The translations under genes were made by a program, and so were the position numbers. DNA of 64,000 nt from NCBI GenBank assembly GCA_016618085.1, contig JABLTG010000003.1:1-64000 (forward strand), written 5' to 3'. How positions within the stretch are numbered: the first letter of the stretch is position 1; every line of letters begins with the position of its first letter. The stretch comes from Neovahlkampfia damariscottae. Lineage: Eukaryota. The notes below the pieces were generated by a model. The model did not search any database. It was not told the origin of the DNA and saw nothing but the letters and a program-made list of their open reading frames with translations. Shown here piece after piece: positions 11,838 through 23,655 of this stretch.

Positions 11838-12185
11838 ACTCTTCTTTTGGAATATCCTCATTGTACAAAATACATCCTGACGATACAAAACTCTATTTAA
11901 GAGAGTGATAGTAGAATATTTGAACTGGATTTCTCCGCCATTTTTCAAAATGGAATCATTTGATTCCTAGAATTTGGATCCTGGTTGAATTTTAGTACTA
12001 GAAATGTTCTACTCCCAATTCAATTGAAAAAATACGTGCAACAGCAAAAACCAAATATCATGTACTCACTCAGTCTGAAGATTTAATTTTCTCTGGAATA
12101 ATTGGCGGAGTAATTTGTGTCTACAAATTAGAAGATGAGTAAATGCAACCAAAAAATGATTAAACATTTCATTGTCAATAATTTT

Positions 12186-13124
12186 TTATTCAATTTTAAA
12201 AAATGATTTGATTTTGATAAAATATTCATTGTCTTTCATTTTCAATGGTAATACCAACAACAATGAAAGAAGAATAAAAAAAAGAATTAATTTTGGTTGA
12301 ATGATATCACTTGTACTATTGATTTCACTTAAAAATTTACCAGCATTTACAGAAACAATATGAAAAGGTATCAAGCCAAGAAATGTAGTCAAAAAAAATG
12401 TTTTGAGATTAATATTAACAACAGGGGAGGCATAATTTAAAAACCAATTCGGTGTGAATGGAAATATTCTTAAACCAATTAAATAGACTACTAAATGGTG
12501 ATCACTTTGTGAATGAATTATTTTGGAGAACATTTCAACTTTATGTTCAAAATGTTTTTTCATCAATTCTTTTCCAGATAAATTTGAAATGAAATAAGCG
12601 GAAGTAGCACCTATTGCAGTTAATGTTGCAACAAATGGAACACCAATAAAAGGTCCTAATAATGATCCTGCTAATAAATTCATCATTGAGCTTCCAGGCA
12701 AGGCAAAAGTTTGATTGCTAAAAAAGTCAAAAAATCAATAAAATATGGTACAAAATATAAACACAACTGAACAAACCAAATAAGATATATAGGTCTTGGT
12801 TTTTATCAAGAGATTCTTTGAGAATTTTATATGTCAATTTTACATCTTCCAAACTGTGTATTGGTTTCAGTGCCAAATCTCTGAATTAAAATTAACAAAA
12901 TATTTTTTTAATTACTTCTGAACAAAATAATAAAATATGAATATTATGGACAATAAAAATACAGCATAAATTGGGATATAAATTAGTTTTTGATAATCAA
13001 CTTGAATTTCTTTTGATTTCTCGACATGCTCAATCGGATATTCATGTAAAACAGGTTTATGGATCAATTTTTTCAATGTTCCTTCTTCCAATTCAATTGC
13101 TCCCATGTGTAATGGTTGTAACAT
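12186..13124 (-). CDS. TMEM41: TMEM41/VTT (DedA, SNARE-associated) membrane protein
   Basis: FALPGSSMMNLLAGSLLG..LRIFPFTPNWFLNYASP..TTFLGLIP. Confidence 0.85.
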
Positions 13125-13766
13125 TCGAATTTGAAATCAAAGAAAATTGTTGGCCAGAAAAATTAACCAATGATATTCTTTCAAAAAAACGAACGTTGAA
13201 CCGGAGAATTAAATATTAGAATTGATTCCAAAATCTAATTCTCCGTAGCTATTCAAAAAATTTCAAAAAGGGAACACTACTAAGCAAGGAAAGTACAGAG
13301 TTGACTTTTACCCAGCCTGTATTTTTATTGGATGAAAAATGCAACAGTTTTTAAAAATAGTAAGAAACACATTTTCTCACACCTTTCATATTGTGTTTTC
13401 TATCTGGATAAAGTCCTAAGTCTTCACACTCTTGTTCTTCCATTTGCTGTTTGAAAAAGGACTTTGGCCTTGCACTCTTAACATTTTCAACCAATCAAAA
13501 AATGAAAAATTCTAATTTTCAATAAACTTATTTTTTTTTTTGATAAAATCGCCTTTAAAGTTGAAAATTCATACATTTTTTCTTCGGAATTTGTTACAAT
13601 TCAGCCAACAGGCACAGAGTATTGTGATTCTTTGAATACTTTACTCTATTAATTCTCATAGGTTTAGAGGAAAGTACCTTGTTAAGAAATAAATGGCATA
13701 GAACAAACCATTTTGGACAAAGAATATTTTAACCAATCATTTTCTTTTTTAAAACTTTTGGAAAAG

Positions 13767-16468
13767 ATGACTGTTAGTGAGGAAGAAATAAATGAACTGC
13801 TTTCTTCCAACTCAAAACAAGAAATATTTCCTTTCATATTCACCAAAGAAACCGTAAAAAAAAAAAAATTAAACAAAATTAGTTGGTCGGATTTATCAAA
13901 GAAATAACAAGTCCAAAAGGTATACCTACGAAAAAAAAATCAGTTTTGAGTCAAATATTTTCGAAAAATTCACGTCAAAATATATATTTCACTTGTGATG
14001 AAGCTATAACTTGGTTTAAAGAAAAATCCAAATACATACCTGATTTTTCAAAAGAAAGAGAACTTTGTTCAACAATGGGTCAACTATTAAAACTAATTGG
14101 TGTTTTTAAAGATATGAATTCAAAAGAAAATAACTTCCGAGATTCAAAAAATTTACAATTTAAATTCACAAAAAAAGTGAAAGAAGAAAATTATGAAAAA
14201 ATAATAAAAAGATATCAAGACTTATTGAGAGTTATAACTTTTTCAAATTCACAAGAAAAAATGATTAAATTTTTATCAGACTTGGATTCTAGCATAGATG
14301 TTTCAGAAAGACAATCAAATGGAAAATGTTATAAAGACAGTTTCATAGGAAGTCAATTAGTAACATGGATATCAACAACATATTTAAAAATAGAAAGAAG
14401 AGCAGCTTTGAGATTATCTGATCAATTTATACACGCAGGTTTAATTGAAGAAGCAGAAAAGTCATCAAATATTCAATTTAAAGATGATTTTGTTGTTTAT
14501 GAAAAAGTACATCCTTTCGAAATTGGAAAATTAAAACAACATACTCAATCAATACCAACAATCATTCAATTACTTTTATATAGAAGTTATGATTCTTCAT
14601 TAAATAATATTTCTCTTTATGTTAATTTATCAGCAACAAAATCGGGAAATAAATTATTAGGAAAACCAGCTCAATCTTTTGGAAATATTGATATTTCACC
14701 AAGAACTGAATCAGATACAGAAGATGAACATAATCATGAACAAATGAAAAAACATTCAAGTTTAGAATTACCAAGAGATTTATTGGTCGTTATACCAATT
14801 AGAAGATGTCATTCTTTACCTGTACCTTTATACGATTTGAATCAATTAAAAGAGTCAAACAATTTATCAAGTGCAAATTCAAGCCAAAATTTATCATCAT
14901 TAAAATCAAGTTCAAAATTTGATGTATCTTCTGGAAGTACTGGAAATATGAAATCACCAACATCAAAAGAAGCACAAGTTAAAAGAACATCACAAAGAAA
15001 AATCAATTCAAATTTACAATCTGTCTCTGTGAATACAATCAAAACAAATACAGGAAAAGTTTTCGTTGATAAAAAAAAAGATAAATCTGTCAAGAGTATA
15101 ATACAAGCAGCAAAAACCAAACCAGAAGATGTAACCTATGTTGAAGGTCCAATACATTTCTTATTGAATAGATCTTGGAAAAAGTTTTATATTATTGTTA
15201 AATTTGGTGTTATTATTATGAAACATAAACAAAAAGATACAAGTGTTTATCAAATGATCAATATGACAAATAAGACAATTTGTCAACAAGTTTCAGTTTC
15301 CAATAGAAAATATTGTTTAAGTTTTTTTGTTGGAGGAAATCCTTATTTTTTTGATTGTTTAAATAGAAATGATTGTGACATTTGGTTTCATCAAATTGTG
15401 AAATCAATCGAAGATTTACAAAGAAGTCAAAGATCTGCATTACAAGATGTTAAATATGCAGGTGTTGCATCTGATATTAATGGTATTGTAACAGAATTCA
15501 ATGAAAAAGCTGAATTATTATTTGGATTTAAAAAAGAAAATGTTATTGGAAAAAATTTGAAAATATTACTTCCACCAGGTTTAAACTTTTTGCATGAAAG
15601 ATTTATTGGAACTTATAAAAAAACAGGTGAAACAAGAGCTACAAGAAAAGAAATGAATGCTATTATATTGAATGATGATGAATCTCCTGTTCCAGTTACT
15701 GTTAAACATTTTAGATTACCACCAATGGCATTTCAAAAATCTGCGTTTTATGTTGAAATTAAACAAATGGCAATTGAAACTGAATTTGTTTCTTTTAAAA
15801 CAAAAGAAAAAGTTAATTTAAAAGATTTATTTGGTTTGAAAGGAGAAACATCAGAATTCATTTCATCCATTTATAAATCAATGAATGAAAATTTTAAATT
15901 AATTGAAGAAAAAATTGAAAGTTTTAAATTGAATGAAAAAGTTCTAAAAGAACAAGTTGAATATTTTAAAATTGCAACAGAAGTTAAAAAAAGAGAAATT
16001 GATATTATGGAATCTGAAATTAATTTATTTTCTGAAAATTCAAAACTGGATAAAGTAATGGATCTTTTAGATTCAGAAGATGCTGATTTTCGATCATTTT
16101 GTAAATCTTTAAATTGTGAATCTGCATGGTTATTTTGGAATGAATCACAAAAATTTAGAAAACAAAAATCCAATCAAAAAGAAGTAATTATCAAAGAAGC
16201 AACAAGAATTTTTGATTCATTTTTAAATGAAAATTCAGAATTTGGTATTGTTGTTGATTCAGAAGCATCTCAATATATTAAAGAAAAAATTCAAACTGGA
16301 GAAAAAAATGTATTCAAATCTGTTCAAAAAGATGTTCTATTTTTATTGGAAGAAAAAGTTTATTTTCAATACATGGATTTAACAGAAATTGATGAAGTTG
16401 AATTCAATAAAATTGATGTAGATGATGAAGAAGATGAAGAAGAAGAAGATGAAATTTTCACAAAATGA
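13767..16468 (+). CDS. DEP-DEP-PH-PAS-RGS signalling protein
   Basis: DEP (FTCDEAITWF; DSFIGSQLVTWI), PH (WKKFYIIVK..CDIWFHQI), PAS (GIVTEFNEKAELLFGF..VIGKNLKILLP), RGS (FRSFC..WLFWNESQKF..ATRIFDSFL). Intron at about 13854-13882; start uncertain. Confidence 0.75.
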
Positions 16469-16470
16469 TT

Positions 16471-19014
16471 TTAATAATATTTTCCTTTTTTTTCTAATGA
16501 ATGTTTGTATTGTGAGAATTCACCATCATATTTTTGAATAGATTGTTCATCACAAACCCAAATTTCAGCTGAAACTGATTCAATTAAATGTTGATCATGA
16601 GATACAAATAAAACACCACCTTCATAAATTTGTAATGCTTGAATTAAAGCTTCAACTGTATCAATATCTAAATGATTGGTTGGTTCATCAAGTAACAAAA
16701 TATGTGGTTTTAAATATGAAATCATGGCAAACATAATTCTTGATTTTTGACCTCCTGATAAAGTATAAATTGGTTGAACTGCTAAATCTTGTGTTAATCC
16801 AAGTTTTCCTAAATGACTTCTCATTTGTTGAGTTCCTGCATCTGGAAATTTTGTACACATATATTCTAAAGGTGTTTGTTGAAGATTTAAATGATCAACA
16901 TGATGTTGTGAAAATTTAGCAATTCTAACTTTGGAATTTCTATTAATATATCCTTCAGTTGGATCTAATTCGCCTGCTAAACACTTCAAAAATGTTGACT
17001 AAGAAATTGATTAGAATATTGTTCTATTTTTCTTACTTTTCCACTTCCATTTGCTCCTACTAATGCAATTCTTGTTTCTGCATGTAAGTTGAAGTTCAAT
17101 TTGTTGAAAATTGGTTTTTCTTTTTGATAGGCGAATGAAATATCAACAGCTTGAATATAAGGTGCTTTTTCTCTTGTTGGTGATTCAATTTCAAAAGTAA
17201 ATGTTGGATCTTCTGCAATGGCTGAAACAAATGTCATTTTTTCTAACATTTTAATTCTTAAAGTTAAAAAATCTGTTTTGCAAACCTTGATTGGACCATA
17301 GCAGCATGTGCTGTTTTAAATCTGAATCTATTAATGAATTTCTCAACATGTTCTTTTTGCTTTTGTTGAGCTTCAAATGTCTTTTGTTGATTCATTAATC
17401 TTTCATTTCTTGCTTTTTCAAAAGTATAAAAATCACCTTTATAGTAACTTAAAGTATGATTGTTGAAATGAATAATGTCAGTACAAACTTCGTTTAAGAA
17501 ATTTCTATCATGAGAAACAACGATCATAGTGTTCTTATATTCAGCAAGATATTTTTCTAACCAAAGTACAGCATGTAAATCTAAATGATTTGTAGGTTCA
17601 TCAAGCATTAATAATTCAGGTTCAACAAATAAAGCTCTAGCTAATGCTAATCTCACTAAAAAAGAAATGTTGTGTTAAAAAAAAAAATCTTAGAGAACTT
17701 ACTTCTCCAACCTCCTGAAAACTCTTTTGTTGTCATTTTTTGCATTTCATTTGTAAATCCTAAACCAAATAAAACTATGAATTGTTTTTAATTTTAAATT
17801 TAAAATCTTACTTGTTGCTGCTCTTGCTTCAGCATTATGTGCATCAATTTCATCCATTCTTGCATAAATTTTTGTTAAAGTATCATTAGCGTTTTCTGTT
17901 GTTGATTCTAAAGCTTTCTTTTCTTCTTCTAAAAGTCTTTCTCTTTCAATGTCAGTTTTTAAAATCAAATCAATAGCCATTGTGTCATCTGCCTTAACTT
18001 CTTGTTCAATGTGAAGAATTTGCATATATGGTGGTATATTTTCCAATTCTCTACCTTCAATTTGTCTTAATAAAGTTGTTTTTCCAACTCCATTTCTTCC
18101 AATCAAACCATATCTTGTACGTTAATTTTTTTTTTTTTTTACCTTTTTCCTTTGTGGAGAATCAAATCAGCATCTTCTAATAACTTAGCTTTACCAATAT
18201 TCATATTTATACTTGTAACATTAATATCTCTGCTTCCAGAACCAACAAATTCAGAATTATGAACTTTTACAATTTGTTCTCTGTTTTCTGAAATACCTTT
18301 CAATTTTAAGAAATTTTTGTATTTTTTTTCTTCTTCTTTCTTTTCTTTTTCATCTTTCTTTCTTTTTTTTTCTGCTTTTGCTTTTGTCATCTTTAACTCC
18401 CAATCTAAAAAAAAAAGTTGTTAAAAATTTTTTTGTTGAACCTAAGTCATCCTTGTAAAAGTTAATGAAAAGAAATTTCTTACGTTTGTATTAATTGAAA
18501 CCTTATCAATAAATGTATCATCCAATAACTTATCTCCTATTGTACGATTTAAATTAATTGCTGAATCCAACACTTTAACAGTGGATTTTAAAATTTCAAC
18601 TTTTTTCAATAATTCTTTTGAATAAAGTTCTTCAACTAATTTATTTGTAATCTCTTTAACCTTTTCTTCATCTTCTGAAACTCCAACTTCAACAAAAAAA
18701 AAATTTAAAATTTTTAAAACTTCTTCATCTTGTATCTTCGTCAATGGATTATTTTGTGAATTCAAAATATCGGACAAGTAATATATGACTGGTAAGTCAA
18801 TTGTATCATATTTATCTTGAAGAATTTCTTTGAAAACTGATGCTATTTTTTCACATTCTTCTGAGATTTTTGGTGGTTCTCTTTTCACTTGAAGTTTTTT
18901 TTTTTTTTTTTGTGTTTTGGTATTTTGTTGAAAATCCTGTTTCTCATCATTTATTGGTGTTGATGATGGACTTGATAAAGTTGATGGAACTTTTTTGTTG
19001 GTCTTTTTACCCAT
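16471..19014 (-). CDS. ABCF3: ABCF family ATPase (GCN20/ABCF3-like)
   Basis: Two ABC domains: GRNGVGKT, FSGGW, LDEPTNHLD; GANGSGK, LSGGQKSR, LDEPTNHLD. No TM segments. Confidence 0.9.
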
Positions 19015-19157
19015 TTTTCAACAACAGTTCAAACTAAACTTTGATTGGACGAAAATTAAAATGGAAATCTCAATCTTAAAATTGAAAATTTTGAAAACAT
19101 TTAACATAGGTTATTTTAATTTTCAATCAAAATAAATTTTCTGGTTTTCAAAAATTC

Positions 19158-20579
19158 TCAAACAAAACAAAAGTTTATATTTTTATCAAAGAAATTCCAA
19201 AGATCATATTCTTTCTGTAAATTCAAATCAAAAATAGAATTAAAGTGATTTTCAATAAACAACTCCAAAACATCCCTTTTGTTCAATGGAATACGAATAA
19301 TCATTTTTAATTCCTTATCATTATTCAAATGATAAATGCCTTCAAAAATAGCAAAATTTAAATCGAATCTCACTTCAACAAACGGGATACTAATCAAATC
19401 TAGCAAATCAATAGAATTTGGAAAATTCTCTGAGGTCACTGCATTTATAAAGTCAAGACATCGATATATTTTTATCCATTGATATTTATCCCTTTTCCCT
19501 TTTTGGTGTAAATCAATTGTTTGAAATTCTTTGCTCCATTGTCTTTTATTTGGAATTGGATATTTTATTTGAAAATTTTGATGACCTTTTGAGAATTTTA
19601 CAACATATTGCAACTTCGAATTTAATTGAACTGTGACTTTTTCAATTATTTCTTTGATTATATTGAAATTCTTATCGTAAATTCTTGAAAAAGAAACAAT
19701 TTTTTGACACCCCTTGTAGAGGAAAATATTAGGAAAATCAAGAAGCGAGTCAATTTTCTTGATCATTTTTTGATTGAAAATCTGTTCATCATGCACTATT
19801 TCCATTGAGTATTGAATTTTTGTGCCTTTATCATTATCTGAAAAAACCACTATTCCACTCTCGATTCCCTTCAATTGAGATTCAATCAAAATTCCATTAT
19901 TTTTTTTGATATGCCCTTTTTTCAAGGAATATGTTCTTTTATCAAACTCAAATTCTTGTCTATCCAAAATGGTGATGTTTTGATGCTCCAAATGGTCTTC
20001 TGAAAATTTTGTTTGAAATTCCACATCAACATCTTTTTGAAATTTGATTCTTTGAAAAAAATGTGATTTTATGATAGAATCATCAAATAATTGAATGTCT
20101 TTAAAGTTTTTGAAACTTTTTTTGTTTGAACGCAATGTTCTCTCTCTGTTTAATGATGAATTGTATTCAATTATTTCATTGTTATGTTCTGATGTAATGG
20201 TGAGTATTCGTTGACCTCCATAAGAAATATATGGATATGTTATGAAAATTGAAGTTGGTGTGAGAACAGATTTGTCCATAAAAATTTCAAATTTTTCAAA
20301 ATTGATGTTCCAAACAAAAGTATCTCTTGAAAGCTGTAAATCTAGAGAATTGAAACATAAATCATAAAAGTTAAAGAATGGAAGTTGAATGAGTTCAATT
20401 CCGAAAGTCATACAAAATTTTTGAAAGTTGCAAGTGGTTTTGAAAAAAATTTTGGAAGTGCATGTTTTGTTTGGAACTGATTTCAACTGTTTCTTGGTTT
20501 CTTTGTCAACTATTTTGTCAATATTTAATGTTGACAAATTTTTTATCACTTCATCAATCCACTCCTCTTTTTTTGTCAT
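19158..20579 (-). CDS. Hypothetical protein, 473 aa, intronless
   Basis: Long ORF in AT-rich DNA with an ATTGG box just upstream; no recognised domain. Confidence 0.6.
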   Translation of the reverse strand: MTKKEEWIDEVIKNLSTLNIDKIVDKETKKQLKSVPNKTCTSKIFFKTTCNFQKFCMTFGIELIQLPFFNFYDLCFNSLDLQLSRDTFVWNINFEKFEIFMDKSVLTPTSIFITYPYISYGGQRILTITSEHNNEIIEYNSSLNRERTLRSNKKSFKNFKDIQLFDDSIIKSHFFQRIKFQKDVDVEFQTKFSEDHLEHQNITILDRQEFEFDKRTYSLKKGHIKKNNGILIESQLKGIESGIVVFSDNDKGTKIQYSMEIVHDEQIFNQKMIKKIDSLLDFPNIFLYKGCQKIVSFSRIYDKNFNIIKEIIEKVTVQLNSKLQYVVKFSKGHQNFQIKYPIPNKRQWSKEFQTIDLHQKGKRDKYQWIKIYRCLDFINAVTSENFPNSIDLLDLISIPFVEVRFDLNFAIFEGIYHLNNDKELKMIIRIPLNKRDVLELFIENHFNSIFDLNLQKEYDLWNFFDKNINFCFV

Positions 20580-21141
20580 GATTTCTGATTGGACATGGTA
20601 ACTACTTTTCTTGTCAGTTTGTTCTGAGGTTTTGAAAGTTCATTTGAAGTCTCAATTTCTGAACCAATTTTTTTTTTTAAGGACAAACAGGGAGAAAACA
20701 ATTGTTGAACCTTCCAAATTTGTCAATTTTTAATGGTACAAAAATTCCGAAACTGTTCATTCTTGGTCAATCAATCCACTACCAGAAATTAGGTTTTATA
20801 TTGGTCTCTACTTCATCTTGTTCACTTTTCAGCTAACCAATATATCAAGAGAAGACTGAAAACAGCACTATGATAGTTTATGTATTTACACTTCTTAATG
20901 ATGTTTTCTCTATGTTACGGTAGAACCGGAGAATTATAACCAGAAACTATAAATAGAATTATCAACCAATAAACATTCGCTTCGTGTACATTTACTTTCG
21001 TATTACAAAGACAAAGGAAAAGGACCTTTTTTCCTTTTATACTCTATGTTTTGAATTTTTCACTTCACTTTTTTTGGTACTTTTCTTTCAAGTAACATCT
21101 TATTATTTTTGAGATATTCAAATTCGTTTATTAATTTTACT

Positions 21142-22061
21142 TCAAATTGCTTGTTCAAACTGAATGAAAGACTGATTCATATTTTCGTCCAACTTCATGA
21201 CAGCAGCCAAATTATCACACCTCCCACAATACTGTGGTGCAGAGAAAACAGTGACTAAAGATTTTTCAAACATATACTGATATCCTTCCAAAACCAATCG
21301 ATGAGACCTACAAAACAAATCTAAATCATTGACAAGATTAAATTGTTTAAGAATATCAGATCCAAATAGAAACCCAGAATCCTTGGGAGCACCTAGTAGA
21401 AATTAATACCATTACAAAAATACATTGCCAGCCTTTTATTTCTTCAGGATCACTGTGCAATAAATCAATGATAGGACCTTCAACACCATTAAAACCAACT
21501 CGATTTAAAGTTTGAATTTTTTCAATGGTGTCAAATTCAGGAGATATTCCTGAATGAACACAAAATGCTTCACCGTTTACTACTGCAGCAAGTGGAAAAT
21601 AAGTTACTGTATCCATGAAATATTCAAATGGGCTCAAATTATATTTTGTATTGCATTCATCATAGAATCCATAATACTTTGACAATTCAACATGTTCAAA
21701 ACTTCCACGAAGTAAGATAATTTCTTTTGGGTATTTAATTTTCAATAAAATTAAAAAAGTCAAGGTTTCAACTGATTGTTTTCCTCTGTTGATGTAATTG
21801 CCCTAAAAAATAAGTTTTTTTTTTTTTTTTTGATACCATGAATATGTATTTTGTTTTTGGTAATTTCCCTGATATTTTAAACAGTTCTAATAAATCAAAA
21901 TATTGTCCACAAATGTTTCCGCATATTGAAATTGGAGCTTGACAAGGAATAACATTTGGTTCTTCAATCAGAATTTCTTTCACTAAAATGCATATTTTTT
22001 TGATTTCTTGAGTCGTAAGAAGTTCACATTTTTTAACTTTTTCAATCAATTCATCAATCAT
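21142..22061 (-). CDS. PPP-family (PP2A/PP4/PP6-like) phosphatase homologue with degenerate active site
   Basis: Colinear with PP2A-type catalytic subunits (EEPNV..CGNICGQYFDLLELF..GNYINRG..LLRGSFE..YGFYDEC..CVHSGISP..DLLHSDPEE..VFSAPQYC); two short introns. Confidence 0.85.
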
Positions 22062-22119
22062 CAGTGTTGATCAGTGTTGAAACAGCTTGGAAACAACAAA
22101 ATTATGATTGGTCAAAGAT

Positions 22120-23465
22120 TTATTTGTTGAATTCATTCACAAAATGAACTGTTTTAAATTGTTTTCGAAACTCTATGATATCCATTTTAACCTTTAAAGG
22201 GTCTTCTTGGTTTAATATTACTCTTTTTAGAAAATTAGCAATTTCTTTCATGTGATTTTCTTTTACTCCTCTCTTTGTCATTTCTTGAACACCTATTCTT
22301 AAACCTGTTGCTTTATCAGGCATATCTATGTCACATGCAATGATATTTGATTTTTCTAAAAGCAATGAATCTTCTAAACCTGTTCTTTGCAAAGATCTCA
22401 AAGCCAAAATATGTGACTGAGTAAATTGATTTCCTTTTTTTGATTTTCTTTGAAATACTTCAAATCCTTCGTTAGTTAGTTCTAATGCAAGTGTTTGAGC
22501 ATTTCCAACACATTGTTTTGCGTAATCTTTTCCAAAATCGATCAAATCCAATAAGGTGACACACATTGATGGTATTCTGGCCATATTAAAATTTGCTACT
22601 AATCCAGGATAAATTCTATTGCAAACTTTTTCATACAACTCTTTGTCATTGGTAAGAATCATTCCTCCATTTGGACCACCAAATGATTTATAAGTACTTG
22701 ATGTCATAATATGAGCACCTTCATCTAAAGGCATTTCATTTTGATAGTATCCTCCTTGAATTAATCCAGACGAATGAGCAGCATCATATAAAATCTTGAT
22801 TTCGTACTTGTCAGCAATTTTACGAATTTCTTTGATATTATGAGGAAACAGAGGCATTGAAGTTCCAAGTATAATCATTTTTGGCAGCTTTTTAAATTTT
22901 TCAAAAATGGTTTTGATTTGTGAATCTAATTCTTCAATTTTGACATCAAAATTTTCTTCAATATCAAATGGAATGTCAAATATATTCAATCCATATAACC
23001 CAGAAATACCTGTTTTTATTGTTATTTATTCTTTCTTTTACCTTCTGATTTGTGTGTTGGATGAGGACAAGCTGATTCATGCAAAGATAAAAGTATATCA
23101 CCAGGTTCACATATCGACATAATTGAAATAGTATATGCTTGAGCACCAGTTAGAGGTCTCAAGTCAGCATATTTACATTTGAATAATTTCTTTGTTAAAT
23201 CAATACCAAGCTGTTCTATTTCGTCTGAATATTGTAAACCACGTTCAAATTTTTCTCCAGGAAATCCAAGTGAAATTCTTGAACCTAATGAAGAATTTAA
23301 CAATTCTTGTGCTTTTGGGTTCAAAACATTGTTTGCTGCTTCAAGTATGAGACATTCATTGTCATAATATTGTTCGTGTTTTTTTATTGTTGTCAACAGT
23401 TGTTTGTAAATATTTTGACTATTTCTTCGGGTAAATAAATTTTTTGGAAATGAACCTTTTCTCAT
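22120..23465 (-). CDS. Serine hydroxymethyltransferase-like PLP enzyme, divergent; probable mitochondrial presequence
   Basis: YDAAHSSGLI, SSTYKSFGGPNGG, LRIGVQEMTKRG; N-terminus MRKGSFPKNLFTRRNS; one short intron near 23012-23041. Confidence 0.8.
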
Positions 23466-23655
23466 TTTGCTTTTTAACGTTCAAAACAGACAACCAATCA
23501 GAATTATTTCATTGACAGAAATTGTATTGCTTCTAATTTATTGAGAATTCCTGACTTTTTTTGAAAAACAATCGCAAAAAATACAATTTATTTTTTATTG
23601 GATTTTGGACGTGGTTAATTTTTATTGGACACTTCTCTGAGTAATTGAATAAAGG

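Noticed and set aside
11840..12172. Possible decayed minus-strand gene starting MKCLIIFWLHLLIF*
   Set aside because: Multiple stops and no recognisable homology, so it cannot be supported.
20580..21140. Possible ncRNA/snoRNA in a long intergenic gap
   Set aside because: No convincing box pairs, cloverleaf or stem visible by eye.
22060..22080. 10-bp tandem duplication ATCAGTGTTG x2 at the phosphatase start
   Set aside because: Too short; likely local slippage.
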